Of a DNA stretch of 42,271 bases, positions 11,976 through 23,519 are shown in pieces. The stretch covers positions 30,541 to 72,811 of the forward strand of contig NW_018480058.1 in assembly GCF_002113885.1 (NCBI RefSeq), written 5' to 3'. The DNA is from Mizuhopecten yessoensis. Taxonomy: Eukaryota. Below the pieces are notes generated by a model. The model made no database searches and was not told the origin of the DNA. It was given only the letters and a program-made list of their open reading frames with translations. The stretch's first letter is position 1. Each line of letters opens with the position of its first letter. The translations under genes were made by a program, and so were the position numbers.

Positions 11976-12460
11976 CTAATTCAAGCGACATAAGCAACTG
12001 TTACTTAACTCGGGACAGCCTCCCAGACAGTGATGATAACAATACTCATCGGCAAATAGCAAGTTCCTTAAGGGACCTATGCCTTCACACGTCATATCCG
12101 GAACACAGTCGCACGTACAAAAGGCCGGATTGCAGGCGTGATTGTGGCAGAGAGTGTTACAACACTCGTCAAATACTCCCTCACCCCGGCAACGCGTCCT
12201 GTAACCAGCCAGGCACGAGCTACTACCTGGCAACAGTGTCGTGATTGGTGATGAGATGGAAGTGGATTCTGGACTTAGCGGTGCAGTTGTCTGTGCTGGG
12301 GGTGTTGGTTCCTTAGTTGTAGTCGTCTGTTGGGGTGGTGGTCCGGAAGTTTGACCTCCAGTACCGGATATGCTAACGTCTGCACAGTTAATAAAGGTTT
12401 CCTGGTCACCACATCCGAGACACCCTTCTCCGGTTATTTCATCCACGCCCCAATTGTTAC
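11976..12460 (-). CDS. LPMO copy B exon 3 (end of catalytic domain, linker, Cys-rich modules)
   Basis: ttggcag|GT AAC AAT TGG; open to TAG. Confidence 0.92.
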
Positions 12461-15400
12461 CTGCCAACACGAGATGGAAATTGTAATTGTTTCATTTTAA
12501 CAGCATGTCCATTGGTGTCTGTTGATATCTGAATTCCGTGAAAAGATTTTTATTGTGACGTCATGTTATTCATAATATAATATAATTCATAAGAAAAATA
12601 TTAAAGGATATCTTTTTATGTAATTTAATCACCGAATAAGACGAATTTTGATTAAGTTTGCATATCCTATGTCGTAAATAACGACCTTTCATATATAACC
12701 ATCTTACCTGCTTTATAGTGCCACTGAAGGACGCATTGATCACACGTCATATCCGGCGGCAACTGAAGCTTGAGATGGTAAAACCCAGTAGTTGTTATCG
12801 GCCATTTAACATCCCCGTTTGTAAATTTCAGAACATGCTTATCCAAACAGTCCTGAGTTACTGGTGTTGTTACGTCATTGTTGGCACATATTTTGAACTC
12901 GAAGAACCCCATGTGTGAAGTTGTGAGATCAATAGTGACATCGATTATCTGCCCTTTTTCGTAGTTCTGGACAATGAACCCAGTTGCGTATTTGCCGCCA
13001 GCCTCATTTTCACGCTCCCCGTTGTATGGGTCACCACACGTACCACATTTCCCGCCATTACTCATCATTGTCTGGAGAAGAGAGATTCAACAATGATGAC
13101 ATGTCCTCAATTTGTAATGAAATGAATGATTAAAACTGTCAAAACGTATAAGATATCTTTTAATGAAAAACACTCATTTTTGTTTACCAATGTTTGCAGA
13201 TCTAACGCTTGGAAAAGATTGTTGTAAAAGTTGATCATGATTTTCTGAATGTTACAAAAACCTGATAAAAATCAGACCTGGAGTTAATTTGAACCTCAGA
13301 AGAGTAAATGTTAACTGCTTAAGGGACAAATAGACTTAATTTAAGTACTCTAGTTTGCTGTATTTCGTGCTAGAGAGAGATGAACATTAATGTGACAGAC
13401 TGACATTGTAACAGTGTGTTACGACAGCATTGTCCGTGATACGTTTTACCGTCACGGAATAAACCAACTCATGAATTTAAACCTCAGTTTCCACAAAGGA
13501 TTACATATGTTTATAAATGCGTTCAATACCTATATAAAACAGACTTAGAGGGCTTTTACTTTCAAAAGAATCGTGATATGTAACATAAATATAGATTCGA
13601 TAAGTTCCGAATAAATAACTTCATATATATGAATACAATATAATCCCTGCCTGAAAGGGTGTTCACGATGCTATTGTACATGTAAAAAAAATAAAAAAAT
13701 TCATACACTTGATTAGAGATGTATAGATATAAGGAATTAACAGGTGGTTTTATTACATACATAACAAGCAAAAAAGGATGTTTTTATTTAACCTCTTGTT
13801 CTACTTAAACCTACATGTATGAAGCTCACGATCAAAATGTTCCGCTGAACTTACGATGAATGCGACTTGCAACTGTGTCAAATATTGATTTCATTTGTAT
13901 GTTAATTTTATTTGTATGTTAATTTTATTTGTATGTTAATTTCGTTTGTATGTTGATTTCATTTGTATGTTAATTTCATTTGTATGTTGATTTCAATTGT
14001 ATGTTCATTTCATTTGTATGTTCATTTCATGTGTATGTTGATTTAATGTGTATGTTAATTTCATTTGTATGTTGATTTCATTTGTATGTTGATTTCATTT
14101 GTATGTTAATTTCATTCGTATGTTAATTTCATTTGTATGTTCATTTAATTTGTATGTTGATTTCACTGGTATGTTGATTTCATTGGTATGTTAATTTCAT
14201 TGGTATATTGATTTCATTTGTATGTTGATTTCATGTGTATGTTTATTTCATTTGTATGTTGATTTCATTTGTATGTTGATTTCATTTGTATGTTAATTTC
14301 ATTTACTAAAAAAAAGAAAAAAAAGTACATCATCCATTGGATTAGTGCTAGATTTGTCTAAGTGGATACATGTTAGTCGATGCCCTAGTTATCACCACAG
14401 CACACCGAAGTTTTAAGGCAGATATCATACTTAGGTACAAATTCTAATTCAAATCGACTTTTGCCAAACGTAGAGCAATGGATGAAGCACCAATCATATA
14501 AGTTATTAATGCCTTTTCCTAAAATACATTTATACCGTATATATTGTTACGAGAAAAAGCAAAATAATTTAATAAAATACTATTTTATGTCAAAGTCTAT
14601 GCTGAATGAATATTGCATTTCTAAATGTTCGTAATTAACATTTTCACATGGATATCTACAATGATAAGTTGCTCTATAAACAACACTTGCTCTGGAAAAA
14701 AACCTGAGCTATATATGCAACATATTCAATTTACAATTTATCAGCCTTATAAATAGATAAGTGAAGGTGACGTCAAGTTTGGTGCTAATATAGTGATTGT
14801 ACTGAACTATCTGCTGAAACTATCAGATATGGCAAAAGAGAGTCTAAATTGTAGTAACTTACATAGTTATCATTTCTTACAGAGTAATGGATATTTTCTC
14901 CAATAAAGGCAACAGACGAGGAGTTTTTTTGTTACACATTTTATCTAAGTATAACAGATTTTGTTCGGTTATAGATTCGCTTCTAGATTTGTTTTATAAC
15001 ACGACTCATGAATACAGGCATTTGACTGAAGTACTGTTTTTATAGAACAGTTTCTCTTTGCTCCAAATTATCAGATTAAAATTTATCATAACTGTGTCAT
15101 AACTTGTAATCATATTTTTAAAACTGGTAACTTCGACTTTACTTTTCTCATTATAGAAGTAGAAGTGTAATCTCATAGACACGTTAGCACTTGAATAAAA
15201 ATTACTCCTACATTGTGAGGATAATCAATGAAATTCAAGATTTTACCATTATCATACACTATGTCCCCATAATTTGAAATAAATATCCTATCTGCTCTTT
15301 TACCATTAAAAATAACCAATCCCTGTTAGACCAAGTATTTACGTCTCCAGAGATCTATTCTATTCACCAAGTATTTACGTCTCCAGAGCTCTATTCTATT

Positions 15401-18369
15401 CAACATTTCTCGAATTTAGAAGACGAGACGTTGGTGACATTAAAAGTGATTTATCATCTGTAAACAAAGAAAGGCTGATTTAATAAACATGGTTCAATAA
15501 CTTATCCCTGAAGAATTCCTGCTTCAAATAAGACTACATACTAGGAATTATTAATACAATCTAACTATATACGCAAACGTATGAAATTCCATAGAATTTT
15601 AATTTCAATATTAAACACGTTCGAAGGCTTTACTCGCAAACAAAAAATAAATTTATATAACATTGTTTTTTCAACGCCAAATTATCAATTTGTGGGATGA
15701 CTATAGCTGTAAAACAAGGCTTCGATGTATAAAATAAAGGTAAAAGTGCTTTAAAATTGCTTATTCAAAAACTTTACCATCAGTCGACAGTAAAGAAATT
15801 GGCCTATAGAAAGATGACAAATGTGTTTCACTTTGGGACAAACTTCTGTCAATAATAACATATATAGAGGGATACAATCTGATTAAAATACAGATGTATA
15901 TTTATAATCAGATTGAGATTCAATCTCTCAATGTATGGTGGCGATGTCAACCCTGTCAGAGATTTAGCCGAGTTACAATATCTGTAAAACATCAGTTATT
16001 TCGGTCAAATTTCTACTTATTTATCTACCTTATTTAAAACCTACATTGTTTATGGTAGCTAACCATACTAAAGGATACATTATTGGCTAACTGTACATTA
16101 ATACCTAAGGTAAAACTCTATTGCCAACACTCATAGCCAACAAGAACGCCAACTGGAACAAATGCAGACCCCACATGGACTGGCATCCTGCCTAATTGAC
16201 GCGCATATAGTACAAACTAACTATATTTGTTCTCACTTCTGTCCTGGATGATATAGAAAAATCTAGAAGATTTTAGCCATATTGTACCACATATTATATT
16301 ATGTACCATTAATTGCCTGCAATCCTTGTGTAACTGGTTAATATGGCACTGTGTGTAGTGACTTTGAAGTGCCCTAAACAAACACTATATCTACCCTGTT
16401 AAAATCTCTGATATTCCTGATATTCCAATTAGACTGCTATGTACATATATATAAAGCTGGCTTATTGGTTCAGCCTACCCTTCAGTGTACTACCTAAACT
16501 TAATATATTACATCTTCAATTTACATGCAGTATATATAAGAAATGTGTGTCTTTCTATATGGCAAGAGTTGTTAAAGGCAATGCCTGTGCCCAATCCTAT
16601 TGTTAATTGCAACAGACAAATATATTTGAAATGATATGAGATAACTGTTTCAGACTAATGTACATACCGTCAGTGTAAATTACTTTGTGCTGTTTACACA
16701 CAAACTAACTCTATGTATAATGACCAAACCTGGTACAATGTGTTGGTATTACCAAACCTGGTACAATGTGTTGGTATTACCAAACCTGGTACAATGTGTT
16801 GGTATGACCTGACCTGGTACAATGTGTTGGTATGACCAAACCTGGTACAATGTGTTGGTATGACCAGACCTGGTACAAGGTGTTGGTATGACCAAACCTG
16901 GTACAATGTGTTGGTATGACCAAACCTGGTACAATGTGTTGGTATGCTATCATCATGTTTGCATTTTGTTAAGATATAATGCAAACTAAAGCAAGCTGCC
17001 ATTTAATATTTTTATTACTTTCAGATCGTGTTTTTTTGTCAAACATTTTAAAACTGTGTAACGAAAATCTAGAACCAACAAAAGCAGATTAATAATTGTT
17101 CCGACCGATTCATCACTGTCACCTTGTTTTCTTACACTGTCTGGTTTTAGAGCAAATTACACCTGCCAGTCACCTGAATTAATCTGTCTAGCAGAAGTTG
17201 TTTTTTTCCAAAACCAGACTGGTCACAGTGGTGAAGTTCTTATTAAGGTATTTTGAATAACAGCTAAACAATATTTATTTGAAGGCGGCACGTGCTTAAA
17301 ACGTGTTTGGGGGTCGTGGTGGTGATGGGGGCTCCCCATGTAAAACACCTTTAGCTCCCTATATTACTTTGGTGGATAGAATCCCCTCATCATAATCAAA
17401 GCAATGTAATTGTATACCTTGCTTCACAAAGTGTAAGTTCAGGAGCAAATTAGGAAAATCTAAGTGGTGTACAAGTAAAGGCATTGGTATGTACTAATAC
17501 AAACAAAATTTGGTGATTTTGTACAGAATGTCCAATCTTTCTTAATGCTGGCACCACGCCACTAGCCACTTTTTAAAAGGTTTTTCAGTCGCCTCCAAAT
17601 AACGAAGAGCTGTTCCATTAACTAGTAGTTCTTTGTTTGTAAAAATCAGAAAATACAAGCGTATTTAGGACATAAAAGAGAAACATTTTTTTTCGGAGGG
17701 TAGGAGTGAATTTGGCGTATATAGGACTTATACTATCTACCACAGATGTTTGTTGTTACGCTTGGAAGTTCACTACTAGTATATGAATTAAATGTATAAA
17801 TCATATAAATCTTCTATTTTTACCAAAGTCCTAAATAATCTTCTTGATCAGAATCTCGTATTCAGCTATTGTACCACATCGCTTCCCGTACATCTAATGA
17901 TCGACATCCCGAGTCGTCTTCTGCCATGTTTTCTTCTTTGAGGTGCTGTTTTATATTCCATGAAATTTAATATCTATTCTTGATTAATGCACAGTCTACG
18001 TATTTCAGTCCGTGCCGAGTACTTATGAGTATTTAATTTGCTCATCCAAATGCATGCCCGTTCTCCAAATAAAGGAAGGATTTACAAAATAAATCAGAAC
18101 TACACAATCCCTTTATCATGAAAAGATATCAGGGTTCGATTCCGCGACCTAACACACGGAGTGGAACCATGAACTTCTGTGCCATAAAGAATGTATAAAC
18201 TTACCGAAAACCCTCCACAGAACAACTCCATGTCGTTATAGTTGGGTACAAAGCGGTCATCCCATGGGTAAAAACGCCACACTGAGGACCGCCCGGGGGG
18301 CTCAAGCATTCGCCCGTGTCCCCACACCGTCTGACAGAAAGCTAGCAGTAAAAGAACTCCCTTCATCAT
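11976..18369 (-). CDS. Intact secreted AA15-family lytic polysaccharide monooxygenase (chitin-binding type-4/LPMO domain) with S/T/P linker and Cys-rich C-terminus, 337 aa; exons 18369-18205, 13071-12708, 12460-11976
   Basis: 17-aa signal peptide then His1 (HGRMLEPPGRSSVWR), NYNDMELFCGG, NGGKCGTCGDPY, GGKYATG, HMGFFEFKIC, LPPDMTCDQCVLQWHYKAGNNWG, GCGDQETFINCAD. Exons of 165+364+485 = 1014 nt have compatible phases (0,1) and GT/AG sites. Confidence 0.93.
12708..13071 (-). CDS. LPMO copy B exon 2
   Basis: ctccag|ACA ATG ATG ... AAA GCA G|gtaag. Confidence 0.93.
13147..14324 (+). other. ~1.18-kb segment present only in copy B intron 1, ending in an A-rich tract
   Basis: Copy A reads gtact|gttttga contiguously at ~4281; copy B has this segment between those flanks. 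Confidence 0.7.
13885..14304. repeat. 17-bp minisatellite TTTCATTTGTATGTTRA, ~25 copies
   Basis: Direct reading. Confidence 0.93.
16721..16944. repeat. 28-bp minisatellite TGACCAAACCTGGTACAATGTGTTGGTA, 8 copies
   Basis: Eight exact-length units; single unit in the paralogous arm at ~2096-2123. Confidence 0.95.
18205..18369 (-). CDS. LPMO copy B exon 1 (signal peptide, His1)
   Basis: MMKGVLLLLAFCQTVWG-HGRM...CGGFS|gtaagt. Confidence 0.93.
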
Positions 18370-18407
18370 GTTTTTACAATATGTGTATATTGAGGAAATT
18401 ACCTGAC

Positions 18408-18414
18408 TTTTATA
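18408..18414 (-). promoter_or_regulatory. TATA box of LPMO copy B
   Basis: TATAAAA on the minus strand about 40 bp upstream of ATG. Confidence 0.55.
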
Positions 18415-19115
18415 GGTTTAAGCAAGATAGAATCGATAGGCCATTTCTGATTTCAGATATTGAAATTAAATAGAAGATTAAAATCGTGTATTTTAATGTT
18501 GTTCGTGGAATCGTTTCTATTGAACATATGGTACTATTAGCCAGCACATTGTCAGGCCTGGGGTATGGACTTGTCCGTAAACACACGAGGATGTTTATAA
18601 TTAGTATCAGTTTAACAGATACATTGTAATAAGTATAATAAGTTGTAAAGCTGGCCTAGTGTACGCGGAATTGTTCACATTACACCTGTTGTTGCCAGGA
18701 GCCCCCAGGTTTGGTTCGCAGTAATACGCATCCCACGTAGATTTATTTTTCAATCGGGAAGATAAATCGCTGAAGGCGATGAGGACGACGACGAGCGGCA
18801 GGCTTATGTCGGATACACGTTATCAATTGATGACGTCACTGATGGTATTGCTGTGGGTAGATAGTCGTAAACTTGTTTTGCACCTGAATTCTTTTCATAA
18901 CTATGTAACCTCTTTTAACTGGGAAAACTCAATAATTAGATATCACACCGGAATTGGATGGTCTATTTAGCGGCTGTTATTTGGTAATTCAAAAGGATAT
19001 GAGCAGATAAATGGCGTTTTCAAAAAAAGCCATCAAACAACGTCCCTCTTTAACGGTTAAATGTAATGGAACGCTCGTGACGTCACATTTTCAGAACCAA
19101 AAGACAACAGTGAAA

Positions 19116-19468
19116 ATGGCCACCGATGACAGTCGTTTTTTTGTTGCAAAGAGGAGTTACAGCAGATTTTGAACGCTAAACGTAGCTTAAATACAAAAGC
19201 TGTTATAAAGACTGCAGTGAATTCACTTCAAACTTATTTAACAGAACGGAATGCCGGAAGCGTTGACGATTAATTAGGGTCAAGAAGGTTCAGAGGAGGT
19301 GAACGAGTGTCCACGCAAGTTTTAAGCAGAACTTAGAAAAGTGGATGGGACTAGATATACTCATATAGTAGGAAAACAATGGTGACTATGAGATACAGTC
19401 TATAAAAACACTGCTTGAAAGCTAGAAATGAAGATATCATCAACGACGATGCATACAGTACTTCCAAT
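19116..19468 (+). mobile_element. Crypton-type element, N-terminal coding remnant
   Basis: Broken frames read KEELQQILNAKRSLNTKAVIKTAVNSLQTYL..RKF*AELRKVDGTRY..SRKTMVTMRYSL*KH..DIINDDAYSTSN, resembling the Crypton/ZMYM/KCTD1 NT....AV, FY.E.RK.DG..Y and DII.D..F motifs. Confidence 0.75.
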
Positions 19469-19570
19469 TGTTCATAGATATTGCCTGGTCCTTTAGCCTG
19501 AACAGTCAGTACATATGAACGAAGTCGACTCTGCCCGTCTCGCACCTGTCGTCCGTAATGCTCTTTTCAT

Positions 19571-20580
19571 ATCAATCAATCAATCAATATTTTATTATAT
19601 AGTCATGCATCATTGAATTCACAAACAATCATTCATAAAACATCATATACAGCTAGTTTATAAAAGATGCCCAGCCGATATCGGCTTTTAAGACATTTAT
19701 AACTATTTGGATGCACATCATGTGTGAAATGAAAGTGAAGACCTAGCATATGTGCATATTAAATATCCTCATAGAGTATTACATGTAAAAAAAAATGATA
19801 GAATAGTAGAATCACATTTCTTTCTTCATCACATTACAATTAAATCAATATTGCGATACATTATAATTTACAATTGTATATTTACACATTTAAAAGCGAC
19901 CGCCTCCGTCTCATCTTAGAATAAATGGTTTTAGAAAGCGAAAATTGAAGCGCATTATCCTGCAATAAATAAAACAACTTTTCAGTTGAAGTAAGTTCAT
20001 TAAAATAACTAAAGGAGTTCACTTCGTTTTTTAATAGATCATATCTTATATCACTATACACAGGACAGTCACAAAGGAAATGAAACTCATCTTCAACTGT
20101 GTTTTAACCAGAAAGGGCATTTCCTTTGCTCTACTGGCAACTTACTGTAGCGTCCAGTTTCCAACATTAAGGGGAGACGACCGAGTCTGAGTTAAGCGAG
20201 GTGGCTCCGATAGTGACGTGTATAAGTGACGTTATATAATGTTCCGTTATCTTGTCTTTTTTATATCTTCTGTATGTTCTTGGTTTGCTGCTTGCAATAC
20301 TGTCGTTGCATGATTTCGAGAACCAAAAAGTTTCGTCATTCCCGTTAATGGAACCGGTAATTATACGTAGTTTGGTTTTAACAGATACGCAAGTGTTAAG
20401 TATATTTAATACCTTAAGTTTGTTTCCTAAATTGCGGACACGCCCTTCCCACGAGTTCCTTCTCCTAGATGACCACCTGATATACACCTTATGTAGATCA
20501 ATATCTGTATCCGCATTTTGTAGTCTACAGTAAAGTCTAAAAACTTCTTTGTGTTGTTTTGCCCGACAAGATGACCATCC
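19571..20580 (-). mobile_element. L2/CR1-group LINE 3' end with AATAAA and (ATTG)n tail
   Basis: SKPRTYRRYK..LETGRYSKLPVEQRKCPF..VEDEFHFLCDCPVYSDIR; tail atcaatcaatcaatcaat at 19571-19588; 5' limit approximate. Confidence 0.85.
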
Positions 20581-21149
20581 AAAATTTCACATTTCTTTTA
20601 TGAAACGAGCTTTAGCGAGATTGCTTAAAGTTGATTAAACGACATTAATTTTTTTTTTAAACGAGTTTTAGCGGGATTAATAAAAGTTGAATAAACAACA
20701 TTAGCGGTGTTTTTTTAATAATACATGGCACATACATAACGGGACCGGGTTGTATAATGGAATACATAACAGGTTTGTCTTCTGGTTGATATCACACACA
20801 TACGTATTGAAAATGTATTATAACACGTCATAGCAGCCTGCGTTTATATGATAAATTGGGGTTATTTCATTGTGAAACATTGTGATTTGCATTTTGATGA
20901 GTACGCACATTACATTTGAGTTTAGTTAATGTACCGTACATTTTTGTATATTATATCATTTATTTCCTGTAAGATTCAATGTCCGCATGTACGCCTTGAT
21001 TAACTTGCATTACGTTTTCAATTAACTACGCCTTTAAGACTCGTGGAAACCGTCAAACAATGAATGTAGTACTGATGTTAGTTAATAGTGGGAGAAGAGT
21101 TTCATTCTGGTATATTACAAGAGATTAAAATTCGTATGAAATGAATATA

Positions 21150-21372
21150 AACTTTATTTATTTTACAACAATTATGAAACAAGGTATATATACTTATACT
21201 AATCACTCTTGTTGGCCGGACGTTAGCGAATAGGGGGTCTTAATGTGGGAACAAACAGGAGTATCCGCAGAAAACCAACGTGGACGGGTAGGTGACCACA
21301 TACCTTTTCAATCGAACCCCTGACGTCTTGTAGAAGGGCGAGTGCGCTATCCACTGCGCCACCTGGCCACCC
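21150..21372 (-). mobile_element. tRNA-derived SINE with V-type core
   Basis: A box TGGCGCAGTGG, B box GGTTCGATT, core GGTTTTCTGCGGATACTCCTGTTTGTTCCCACA. Confidence 0.75.
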
Positions 21373-22149
21373 AAGATTCGTAAGACTCGTATACCGTATT
21401 GCAATGTTGGTCTACCAATATCGTATACATATACCATAGTATTACCCAATACACAATTATCTGTCATGATTGATTTTGCTTACAAAATGTCTAAGAAAAC
21501 ACGAAAATAAATCAACAGAAATTTCAAACGTTGAGAATGCCTTGTCCTATCATTCAACGACCCATTTAGATGTGTAAACCACACGTTACTGTCATTACAT
21601 TAAAGACAAAAAAGATCCTGTATATTATTATTCCAAAATCCAATGATTTAGAAGAAATTTAATGCCGGTCGATCCTTTCACAGAATGTGATTGAAAGACA
21701 AATCAGAGCATGGTCACGACTTTGTTTCATTTCCCTACATATTAATATGCTGCTACAATATATCATTTAAAGTAAATTTTGTATCAGTAAAGATAAAGTC
21801 GAGTGGTTATGGTTTGTGTGTGATAGAGTTTCGTTTCTTTAGATAAACATGTAAGCGGAAGGAATGGATATTTAGAATAAATCAAAAATTTGCGGTAACA
21901 AGACCGGTTAGCATTATTGAAAACATTATTGACTGGATAATACGGAAGCACTTCGATGTGCATGATAATGAATCAAATTATATATTCTTTTGGTTTTGTT
22001 ATAACACCAAAAAATATGTGTATTTTTTTATTATAAAATCTTAATCTTTTTCGACAAGGGGGGATGTGTATGTTTAAGACTGTCTTATTAATGCTATAAA
22101 AATATAAATATTGCAAAACTGATTCGGGAATAAATAAAGATCGCACTTC

Positions 22150-22625
22150 AGGGCCCTTATTCATGAAACTATTATCATACTTTATCTTCCGGCGATAACT
22201 TGATTAAGTTTCACATTTTGTCTGTGATTAAGAAGAATTTTCGAGAGATTTAAAGTAGAATCCTTTTTTGCGATACTTACACTACTTTTTACCTTGTCTC
22301 ATAATTTAAGAAAGTTTAAAGAAAGTTTATTTGAGCACATAACCCATGCATGAGCATAAAAACGGTTACAGGAATACCAAGGCCCGTATTCATGAAACAA
22401 TTCTCGGCTCAAACTCGGATTTTGTGCTCCAACCCAATATCTTGTTTTTGTGATAAATCATTAAAAAAATACATTTTGTCAAAGATATGGAAGACAGCTG
22501 AAACCTGTTTTCAATGCGATAGCTTGATTTTTTGACCGTATTATATGATTAAAGAATTACAAGAAAGTTGGCTTGAGCACAAAATTCATGCTTGAACATG
22601 AGAATGGTTTCTTGAAGACGGGCTC
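22150..22625. mobile_element. Two adjacent related MITE copies (Harbinger-like GGCCC.TATTCATGAAAC termini)
   Basis: gggcccttattcatgaaac (22151), ggcccgtattcatgaaacaattctc (22381), inverted gagaatggtttcttgaagacgggc (~22600-22624). Confidence 0.6.
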
Positions 22626-23404
22626 AGGATTAATCGAAGAACTTTGGCCTTCGTATAATTAGTTGATGATTTCCAGGTGGTAATATTGGCAATGAAATAT
22701 AATGACAGAGGTGTTATTTATTGACTTCCTTAATACGTGATATATCTGAGTTTACCTCAGGACAATTGGCCATTTTCAGAGCAATAGTCTGTCGACATTC
22801 TAATGAATCCTTCACTATTTCCCAACGTATACGTACTAGCCGTCAATGTCGAACAGAAGACCACATTAGATTTACGTGTAAAAGTGTTCGATAGAATGGA
22901 GTATATGCCAGTATGAATATGGAAGAATCACATAATAGTATACTGCAGAACATATTGATAAGAAATGAGTGATTTTTTAAATCATTTATTAGAAATACTT
23001 CTCCAATATGTTTCATAACATACACAATACGTGAAAAAACCCCAATAGGGCCTGGTTTAGAAATAGTCGTTGAAACTTTATAAGTAGCACATACACTATT
23101 TGCACTTTTATTCTTTATGAACTCCAGGTGAAGAGATTTTAACGCTTCATTAAATGACGAACAACTTAAGGAAGAATACGTTAACACTCGCGGAGGTGTT
23201 TGATTGGGTTAAACTCCAGTCCGGGTAACAGGTGTGTTGTCACAAGGAGAGGAATTACAACCTTACTACATGTTAATTTGAGGTTCATTGACCAGTCACA
23301 AGTAAACATAATCACGGATTGAGGAGATAACATAAGGTGTACATACCACGATACATGTTTGTGTTTTTAATGCTCTCACCAGATGTGACTACGTAACACC
23401 TACC

Positions 23405-23411
23405 TATAAAA
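23405..23411 (+). promoter_or_regulatory. TATA box of C-type lectin gene
   Basis: TATAAAA about 60 bp upstream of ATG 23468. Confidence 0.6.
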
Positions 23412-23467
23412 CAGGTGCCCGCCTTCTCCTCACGCATTCCTCTTGGTAACCACTGACTACGTCGAAG

Positions 23468-23519
23468 ATGAATGTCCTGTTGATGTCCCTGGTGTTTAGT
23501 GCCATCATGGTCACAGAAG
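23468..23519 (+). CDS. C-type lectin exon 1 (signal peptide)
   Basis: ATG after TATA; GAA G|gtatgg. Confidence 0.8.

Larger units (their letters stand above)
10735..18496 (-). repeat. Right arm of large inverted segmental duplication (partner 467-6661)
   Basis: See left arm. Longer because of arm-specific segments 13147-14324, 15051-15348 and the 28-bp array. Confidence 0.96.

Noticed and set aside
11876-12244. Conserved ORF pairs antisense to or flanking the LPMO (5233-5595/11876-12244, 5789-5980/11474-11659, 4465-4710/12718-12918)
   Set aside because: Their conservation is explained by the inverted duplication; no independent coding signal.
597-18369. Bacterial AA10 or horizontally acquired LPMO
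   Set aside because: Spliceosomal introns and AA15-type motifs (CGG, GKCGxCGD, CxxCVLQWxY, GCGxQExFxxCAD) indicate a native animal gene.
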